DNA from: an uncultured Bacillota bacterium
Lineage (GTDB): Bacteria; Bacillota; Clostridia; Christensenellales; UBA1242
Direction of reading: 5' to 3'
DNA: 60,138 bases
NCBI GenBank assembly: GCA_949296805.1
Contig: CASFPO010000027.1
Coordinates: forward strand, 1-60,138
Shown here: piece by piece, positions 54,246-60,138 of the stretch
How the letters are laid out: every line of letters begins with the position of its first letter
How positions within the stretch are numbered: position 1 is the first letter of the stretch
Notes under the pieces: model-generated
The model's input: the letters and a program-made list of their open reading frames with translations, nothing else
What the model was told of the DNA's origin: nothing
The model's database searches: none
Program-made: the position numbers and the translations under genes

Positions 54246-55169
54246 TTATAGGATATATTTTGCATCTTCAATTCTGTCAACTTCTTCAAGTTTTTTAGGC
54301 GACAGGATGGTATCATTATCCACATAAAACCTCATCCCTTGACTTGAGAAGAACATAACCATTTCAAATATATGGATAAGTGGAGAAATCAGCGGTAAAA
54401 TGATTATTATAGCATACACTCCAATTACCATTGACAGCACGATTGCAAGCAAAAATATTATGAAAGCGGTAGAAAATACTCTTGCTCCACGGCGAAGTAC
54501 TGCCTTCATCCCCTTCATAAAAGATTTAAAAACATTTTGATTATAAACCACTTTAGCTGGTGCCCAGCCAGCATTAAAAGTTTCTTTAAAAGCCATAAAT
54601 AAAGCTGGAACGATAACAAAAGCAAACGGCATAATATAGTCAAACACTTGATTATCTACCCTTGTTAATGCCCACATACTTAAAACTATCAAAGCGTTAA
54701 AGGGCATTGAGTAAAAAACTTTTACTATAGCATAGCTAAATGATGACCTTAACATCTTTAAATAAGTACCAGTAAAACTTTGTCTTTGGCAAGAGGACAT
54801 ATAGCCATACATCATTTCACAAGTGACAATTTTACCTACATTAAGTAGAAGTGGAAGCAAGATAAAAGCTATTAAACAAAAATATATACCGATGCCTACA
54901 TTTACAAATATCTCTCTAAAAAAGATAATCACAAAGTCGGCAACCGCTGTAAGACCATTAGCAAGTGACGAACCGTAAAGGGTGCCTGTAAGAGTAAAGG
55001 ACTCTAAATTTGACTCGGTATATGCCAAAGTGCCAGCCTCAAGATAGTAATTGTAAAAAACGCAAATCAAACCAACACATAAGCCTATTGATAAAATATG
55101 GTAAACCAAAAGTTTCCATACTTTATCAAAATTTGCACACAAAAGTTTAACTGAGTTTTTAAACATCAT
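54246..55169 (-). CDS. polytopic membrane protein, unknown function
   Basis: 307-aa ORF with at least 6 hydrophobic segments and no recognised motif. Confidence 0.55.
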   Translation of the reverse strand: MMFKNSVKLLCANFDKVWKLLVYHILSIGLCVGLICVFYNYYLEAGTLAYTESNLESFTLTGTLYGSSLANGLTAVADFVIIFFREIFVNVGIGIYFCLIAFILLPLLLNVGKIVTCEMMYGYMSSCQRQSFTGTYLKMLRSSFSYAIVKVFYSMPFNALIVLSMWALTRVDNQVFDYIMPFAFVIVPALFMAFKETFNAGWAPAKVVYNQNVFKSFMKGMKAVLRRGARVFSTAFIIFLLAIVLSMVIGVYAIIIILPLISPLIHIFEMVMFFSSQGMRFYVDNDTILSPKKLEEVDRIEDAKYIL

Positions 55170-55254
55170 ATATCTTTAATTCCAAACTTTATTCTACTAC
55201 TAGTATACTATAAAAATATACATTTTGCAAGAAAAAAAATAATATTTAAGCCAC

Positions 55255-55283
55255 AAAAAATAGGAAAAATTATCTTTCCCTAT
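55255..55283 (-). terminator. intrinsic terminator of greA
   Basis: Minus strand reads ATAGGGAAA-GATAAT-TTTTCCTAT (one G-U pair) followed by TTTTTGTGG. Confidence 0.75.
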
Positions 55284-55301
55284 TTATTTATCCTGTTATT
55301 T

Positions 55302-55766
55302 TTAACTAATCGACAAGATTTTGTAAGAAATTTCTCCGCCTTCAGTTTTTACTGTGATTTTATCGCCCTTTTTCTTGCCGAGCAAGGCTGAACCAACCGG
55401 CGAAATATTTGAAATTACACCGTGAGTTGGGTCGCTTTCGGTTGAGCCGAGAATTTTATACTTTAAGTTTTCGTCAAACTCCTCGTCATAAAGCTCTACA
55501 GTCGAGCCTATCTCAACTGTATCAGAAGCACCTTCTTGTTTATTTATTATTTTGCAAGTTAGCAGAATATCTTCCATCTCATGAATTTCAGCCTCTATTT
55601 GAGCCTGTTCTTCCTTTGCTGCGTCATATTCCGAGTTCTCAGAAAGGTCGCCGAATTCTCTTGCGATACCTATCTTTTTGCTAACTTCCACTCTTTTTAC
55701 AGTTTTATAGAAATTCAATTTTTCCTCTAACTGTTTTTTACCTTCTAATGTTAAAAAATGTACCAT
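55302..55766 (-). CDS. greA: transcription elongation factor GreA
   Basis: REFGDLSENSEYDAAKEEQ coiled-coil motif and a C-terminal FKBP-like domain. Confidence 0.9.
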   Translation of the reverse strand: MVHFLTLEGKKQLEEKLNFYKTVKRVEVSKKIGIAREFGDLSENSEYDAAKEEQAQIEAEIHEMEDILLTCKIINKQEGASDTVEIGSTVELYDEEFDENLKYKILGSTESDPTHGVISNISPVGSALLGKKKGDKITVKTEGGEISYKILSIS

Positions 55767-55894
55767 TTTAGTCTCTCCTTTATAAGTTCTACGAAGATAG
55801 ATTATACAAATTTTTTAAATTTATGTCAACTTTTTTTGACCGAATAGAATTTTTTTATTTATTTTGCGAAAAATATTTTTGGAGGTAAATTATT

Positions 55895-56293
55895 ATGCTT
55901 ACCATTTTATCGTTTATTCTTACTTTGCTTGGCAGTGTAAACTGGCTACTTATTGGTCTACTTCAATATGATTTTGTGGCGGGAATTTTTGGCTTTCAGT
56001 CTAGCATTCTTTCAAGGATTGTATATATTATAGTTGGGCTTTCTAGTCTGTTTTTGGTTTACAAATTAATTAAAGGCAAAGGCACTATTGCAGTTTTTTC
56101 TTACAGAAACAAAAAAGACCTTGAAAAAAATATCAATAAGCTTATGCACAAAGAGGAAAAGTCTCAAAATGTTGAGGCAAGTCAAGAACAGCTACCTAGT
56201 GATGACGATGACTATTATAACGATGAGCCGAAAGTTAGCTCACGCAAAGGGCTTTTTAACGAGCATTTTAGTGACAGAGATGACGACCTATAA
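55895..56293 (+). CDS. DUF378-family small membrane protein with acidic C-terminal extension
   Basis: N-terminal LLGSVNWLLIGLLQYDFVAGIFG motif typical of DUF378 (YuzA-like), followed by a hydrophilic tail of about 70 aa. Confidence 0.7.
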   Translation: MLTILSFILTLLGSVNWLLIGLLQYDFVAGIFGFQSSILSRIVYIIVGLSSLFLVYKLIKGKGTIAVFSYRNKKDLEKNINKLMHKEEKSQNVEASQEQLPSDDDDYYNDEPKVSSRKGLFNEHFSDRDDDL

Positions 56294-56326
56294 TATATAT
56301 GCAAATTATTTTTGGAAGGTGTGAAG

Positions 56327-56410
56327 ATGTATAAAAATTTGGCTATTTTGACAATTTTGACTATTTTATTTGGTTGTCTTTTTTCTATGTTGTTTTTCAA
56401 TTTAATGTAG
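56327..56410 (+). CDS. candidate 27-aa hydrophobic small ORF
   Basis: GGAAGGTG lies 5 nt upstream of the ATG. Hand translation: MYKNLAILTILTILFGCLFSMLFFNLM. The ORF overlaps a 9-nt tandem repeat, so it could be fortuitous. Confidence 0.35.
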   Translation: MYKNLAILTILTILFGCLFSMLFFNLM

Positions 56411-56459
56411 TTTTTGGCTATGTTTTTAAGCGAGTTTTTTTTGACTAAGGCGAGAAAGT

Positions 56460-56511
56460 CGCTAAAAAGCTCCCGCTTTTTAGCGGTTTTGCAAAAAAAA
56501 CTTTTTTGCAA
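56460..56511 (+). terminator. pair of back-to-back hairpins acting as a bidirectional terminator
   Basis: CGCTAAAAAGC-TCCC-GCTTTTTAGCG followed by GTTTTG, then TTGCAAAAAA..TTTTTTGCAA. Serves the plus-strand DUF378 unit and minus-strand rlmH. Confidence 0.75.
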
Positions 56512-56550
56512 AACAAAATTTTAAAGCATTTAAAATTTACTTTCTCGCCC

Positions 56551-57006
56551 CTACTTATGATACTTAGCCCCGCTGTTTATCATAAACGCCCGATAAATCT
56601 GCTCAAGTAGCACCACTCGTGCAAGGTTGTGAGGCAGAGTAATCTTGCCAAAGGATAACCTTTCCTTTACACTTTCTTTTACACTGTTACTCACACCATA
56701 TGAGCCACCAATAATAAAAGTGATAGTGCTGTTTGTCAAAAGGATATTATTAAGTTTGCTTGCAAGCTCGTTACTTGAACAGAGCTTACCCTCAATATCC
56801 AATAAAATATTATAACCCGAAAGATTAGATAAAATCAACCCACCCTCAGCACTTAAGATTTTATCCACCTGCTCGTACTTATTTTGTTCTTGCAATTCTA
56901 TAATTTGAAGAGTGCAAAATTTTTGCAGTCTTTTTTGATATTCCTGACATGCCTTTTGCCAAAAATCTTCTTTAAGCGAACCTACGCACACAAGCCTTAT
57001 ATACAT
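56551..57006 (-). CDS. rlmH: 23S rRNA (pseudouridine1915-N3)-methyltransferase RlmH
   Basis: Start at MYIRLVCVGSLK (57006). SPOUT-family IIGGSYG and the C-terminal LPH...R..L.EQIYRA motif. Confidence 0.85.
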   Translation of the reverse strand: MYIRLVCVGSLKEDFWQKACQEYQKRLQKFCTLQIIELQEQNKYEQVDKILSAEGGLILSNLSGYNILLDIEGKLCSSNELASKLNNILLTNSTITFIIGGSYGVSNSVKESVKERLSFGKITLPHNLARVVLLEQIYRAFMINSGAKYHK

Positions 57007-58151
57007 AATACTCCAAAAATAAACGTTGACAGAGTCACAAGCCCCATAAGTACAAAACAGCAAACAAGTAAAACTTTTGTAAGGGTATTTGGTTTATACT
57101 CATCATCTTCTTGCACCAAAGCTCTTCCTATCATATCAGAGCTATCATTTTCAATCGCCATCTCGCTAATAATCTCCTCAAGAGCGTCAACCCCGCCTTG
57201 CAAATCAACGGCACCTTTGGTTAAGAGTTTTACCTCTTCATTAAAATTATGGCGAGCGACTTTACCCATAACCTGTACTTGCATACCGTCAAACCGTTTG
57301 ACAAGTGACTCCTTGACAATAATATTAAAAAGTTTTATGCCAAGAATAGCCAAAAGACCGCATAGCAGTACAATAAAAAGCAAAGCAAGTATAGTATTTT
57401 GAACAAGGTTATAATCAATCCACGTGAACATAAAATCTAAGCCTAGCCCGTTTATGCGAGAGAAGCTCATTGTGGTAGCTAATGCGTTGTTTGTAAAATG
57501 GATAATCATAGCTGGATAGATAGAGTCGCTGTAAGAGGCAACATACGCAAGCACAAAGCCTATGATAGTGGTGTAGAAAAACTGTTCAATCCTCATATGC
57601 ATAAGTCCAAATAAGATGGAAGAGATGATGATAGCTTTTCTACTACCATAACTTGATAGTCCTCGTAGCAATAGCCCTCTATGTGCAGTCTCTTCACAAA
57701 TAGCTGGCAAAAGTGCAGTTGTAAAAATATTTACAATAAACAGCCAAAATGGATAACTTTCTATCGTGCCAGAATTAGAATAATTATATCCAAGTGACAC
57801 AAGGAATGTTCTAAAAAAGGTAGAGACGAACACATTAAAAACATAAACTATCACTCCTAAAGCAAAGCAACAGAGAATAGCCTTCCAAGAGATTTTTTTG
57901 TAGCCATAAAATTTAAAGACCTGCTTAAAGGTTACCTTTTGACAGCCTTTAAAAATAAGCACTGACAAGGCAAACATTATCCCCACTTGAGCAAAGCCAT
58001 TAAGTAGATACTCAGCCGTTTCGCTAAGTCCATCAAACAATCCAACATAATCAGACGCCAAAATCCTTATTATTACAAAAAGTAATACTATAACAGAGTA
58101 AGCAATCATTGAATTTGTTGTTGTTTTATTTCTATAATCTTTATACATCAT
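56997..58151 (-). CDS. CPBP-family intramembrane glutamic endopeptidase with C-terminal extension
   Basis: AICEETAHRGLL, FGLMH and IHFTNN motifs, followed by about 130 extra residues comprising a soluble segment and a final TM. Confidence 0.75.
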   Translation of the reverse strand: MMYKDYRNKTTTNSMIAYSVIVLLFVIIRILASDYVGLFDGLSETAEYLLNGFAQVGIMFALSVLIFKGCQKVTFKQVFKFYGYKKISWKAILCCFALGVIVYVFNVFVSTFFRTFLVSLGYNYSNSGTIESYPFWLFIVNIFTTALLPAICEETAHRGLLLRGLSSYGSRKAIIISSILFGLMHMRIEQFFYTTIIGFVLAYVASYSDSIYPAMIIHFTNNALATTMSFSRINGLGLDFMFTWIDYNLVQNTILALLFIVLLCGLLAILGIKLFNIIVKESLVKRFDGMQVQVMGKVARHNFNEEVKLLTKGAVDLQGGVDALEEIISEMAIENDSSDMIGRALVQEDDEYKPNTLTKVLLVCCFVLMGLVTLSTFIFGVLCI

Positions 58152-58245
58152 TTAATTTGACGTCCTTTTATATAATCATAATAATACATTATTTTTATGC
58201 TGTAAAGAAGTTTTTTATTATTTTTGACAAAAAATTAAAATTTAC

Positions 58246-58301
58246 TGTAAATTTTTTGTAATAATTTGTAAAGCTTTGTAAAAAAATGTAATTTCTTGTC
58301 G
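58246..58301. repeat. phased TGTAA array
   Basis: TGTAA begins at 58246, 58257, 58267, 58277 and 58287, with TGTCG at 58297. Spacing is 11, 10, 10, 10 and 10 bp. Confidence 0.7.
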
Positions 58302-58315
58302 AATAATAAATTTTT

Positions 58316-59290
58316 CTATAAAGTGAAATTGAATATTGTGACAAATAAAAACATAACTACCGCAACAGCAAGCGATATGTAGATAAATTTGGAAGTATTG
58401 CCTTTTTCTTGCACTACCTCTTGCTTACTTTTATGTTTAAAGTAAAATCTGTCAATCAGATAGATAATGCCAGCTGTTACCACAAGCAAAAGGCAAGCAA
58501 GCAGATAAAACCACCACTCTCTTGGCAAGGCAAGTGAAAAGGTTGTAACATTGCCAAGGTAGGTAAATAGTATTATCAAAAAGTTATTTATAAAGTGAAC
58601 TATAATTGACGGCACAATCGAGCCTGTCCTTAAAGCCATCCACCCCATAACCGTGCCAAGAATAAATGGATAGACTAGCTGTTGCAAGTTTTGGTGCATA
58701 AGTGCAAACATAGTTGCAGAGAGAAAGACCGAAGCTATATCATTAAAGCGAGTACGCAGTCCATTTAAAATAACCCCTCTAAACAAAAGCTCTTCACATA
58801 TTGCTGGAAGCAATGCACTGACAAACACAGCCAAAACAAATATGCCAAAGCTTTTAGGATTTGTCAAACTTTCTGGCAATATTTCAGAAGCCTCTTGCAC
58901 AGGATAGCCAATCAATTTTAACAAATCATCCACTCCGCCAATAAAATATTGAATACCAAACAGCGAAATTATCCCTATCCCCACAGCGAGAAAATAGGTG
59001 TGCCACTGCAACTTAAATTTAAGATGGATTGCCCTATAATCAATATTATTGCACTTGTTATAAACAAGATAGATTGCCACTAAAACAACACAACTTACCA
59101 CCTGCATGATTGTGTTAAACACTATACCTTCAGTAAAGTTTTCCTCCCCTGTAGCCCCTTTTATCACATTAGAAATCATTACCGACACTATTGCAAGCAT
59201 AAGTGGCAGTATTAAGGCAAAGAGGTAGACCTTTCCGCTATCATCTTGATTATAAAAGTTGCGTTTAGCAAATACTTGTTTAGCTTCCAT
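58316..59290 (-). CDS. CPBP-family intramembrane glutamic endopeptidase
   Basis: AICEELLFRGVI, FALMH and VHFINN motifs in a polytopic protein. Confidence 0.8.
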   Translation of the reverse strand: MEAKQVFAKRNFYNQDDSGKVYLFALILPLMLAIVSVMISNVIKGATGEENFTEGIVFNTIMQVVSCVVLVAIYLVYNKCNNIDYRAIHLKFKLQWHTYFLAVGIGIISLFGIQYFIGGVDDLLKLIGYPVQEASEILPESLTNPKSFGIFVLAVFVSALLPAICEELLFRGVILNGLRTRFNDIASVFLSATMFALMHQNLQQLVYPFILGTVMGWMALRTGSIVPSIIVHFINNFLIILFTYLGNVTTFSLALPREWWFYLLACLLLVVTAGIIYLIDRFYFKHKSKQEVVQEKGNTSKFIYISLAVAVVMFLFVTIFNFTL

Positions 59291-59369
59291 TTTTTAATTA
59301 TACAACATAAAAAAATAAAAAACAACAAAAGTGCTTTACTTTATCATATATTTTTAATAAAATATTTTT

Positions 59370-59810
59370 ATGGATAAATTTATGAGTGAGGCTTTAGCCC
59401 AAGCCTATAAGGCAAAACAAAAAGAGGAAGTTCCAATAGGAGCCGTGATAGTAAAGGACGGCAAAATAATTGCAAGAGGCTATAACAGACGAGAGAAAAA
59501 ACAAAACGCCCTTGCACACGCAGAGCTTATCGCCATCAAAAAAGCGTGCCGAAGATTACACTCTTGGCGACTTGATGGTTGCGAAATTTTTGTAACGCTC
59601 GAGCCCTGCCCTATGTGTGCGGGAGCTATTGTAAATGCAAGAATAAAAAAACTATATTATGGTTGCAAACAAACTACAAGTGATGACCACCTCTGCGAAA
59701 GTATACTATCAAGCAACAGGCTAAATCATAAAACTGAGATGATATATCTTGAAGATAAAGCCTGTCAAAAACTTTTAACTGATTTTTTTGAAAGTATACG
59801 AAAAAAATAG
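59370..59810 (+). CDS. tadA: tRNA adenosine(34) deaminase
   Basis: HAELIAI and PCPMCAGA zinc-binding deaminase motifs. Confidence 0.9.
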   Translation: MDKFMSEALAQAYKAKQKEEVPIGAVIVKDGKIIARGYNRREKKQNALAHAELIAIKKACRRLHSWRLDGCEIFVTLEPCPMCAGAIVNARIKKLYYGCKQTTSDDHLCESILSSNRLNHKTEMIYLEDKACQKLLTDFFESIRKK

Positions 59811-59840
59811 GATATTTAATAAAATTAATTATTTTTTAAA

Positions 59841-59970
59841 AAATAAAATTTCAACAAAATTTGACAAAATTCAAGAAAATTTGCTAAATTAAACAAAAAT
59901 ATTACAAAATTTGACAAAAATTAACAAAATAATTTAAAAAAATACAAAATTAGATAAAATAATAAAAATA
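59841..59970. repeat. A-tract array in strict 10-bp register
   Basis: Thirteen consecutive decamers each carry an A3-5 tract in the same register, for example tcaacaaaat, ttgacaaaat, tcaagaaaat. A 16-nt repeat ACAAAATTTGACAAAA lies at 59854-59869 and 59904-59919, exactly 50 bp apart. Confidence 0.8.
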
Positions 59971-60138
59971 CTAATTAAATAAATTATTATACACAAAAAT
60001 ATAAACTATGTGATGTTAAAATTTTACTATCATAAAATTTTAATAAATTCTTACGAATTTGTGCGTTTCACGCACTCTTCACATAATTTGTATAACCATC
60101 AGCCTCACTCTTGCAAGCAAGTTCGGCTTCCGATAATA

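Noticed and set aside
56215-56511. 98-aa minus-strand ORF across the DUF378 3' end and the terminator hairpins.
   Set aside because: It spans two terminator stem-loops and T-tract repeats, has no RBS, and its translation is Lys/Asn/Ile low complexity.
59811-60138. SRP RNA (ffs/scr) downstream of tadA, as in Bacillus.
   Set aside because: I could not find the conserved domain IV motif (GTCAGGTCCGGAAGGAAGCAGC or a close variant) on either strand. The region is mostly phased A-tract DNA.
60068-60138. Possible 3' end of a minus-strand CDS (...LSEAELACKSEADGYTNYVKSA-stop) with a GTGCG/CGCAC hairpin.
   Set aside because: Only about 23 codons lie inside the window, which is too short to support a call. 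It is noted only as a possibility.

Overview
AT-rich chromosomal segment, roughly one third G+C by eye (not computed). It looks like a low-GC, endospore-forming Firmicute (Clostridia-like), because gpr, ytfI/ytfJ-type genes and a dacB-type carboxypeptidase are present. All calls come from reading the six-frame translations and the DNA by eye; no database or HMM search was run. I call about 50 protein genes, one tRNA-Thr(CGU), and several intrinsic terminators and near-consensus sigma-A promoters. I see no rRNA, CRISPR array, transposase, integrase, phage or recognisable defence or toxin genes. Housekeeping content: cmk, S1-like protein, plsC, rluB, rpsT, hpf, mini-mcsA/mcsB/clpC, tex, a Y-family polymerase, degV, trxB, rplM-rpsI, minD/minE, tsaB/tsaE, rnj, greA, rlmH, tadA. 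Four features stand out. (1) Four large membrane-anchored surface-protein genes without sortase signals take up about 15.7 kb, about 26% of the window. They are an 1805-aa S8 protease, a 480-aa plus 1809-aa gene pair, and an 1126-aa protein with four jelly-roll-like modules and a cytoplasmic coiled coil. (2) A co-directional cluster at 40.6-44.3 kb encodes a Ppx/GppA-like and an MreB-like protein, both with degenerate ATP-binding motifs, then MinD and a MinE that cannot encode the N-terminal membrane-targeting helix. No minC, mreC or mreD is present. (3) At least five intergenic regions contain arrays of short A/T-tract motifs phased at about 10 bp. (4) Smaller oddities: a 56-aa McsA fragment gene missed by the ORF track with no ctsR, an amidohydrolase-like pseudoenzyme coupled to tex, a split TSUP transporter, a double zinc-ribbon protein with a poly-acidic tail, and a 27-aa hydrophobic small ORF. 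The best candidates for an undescribed system are the 33.2-40.2 kb surface module, including its long structured leader, and the 40.6-44.3 kb actin-fold/Min cluster. Both are inferences and need homology and structure searches.
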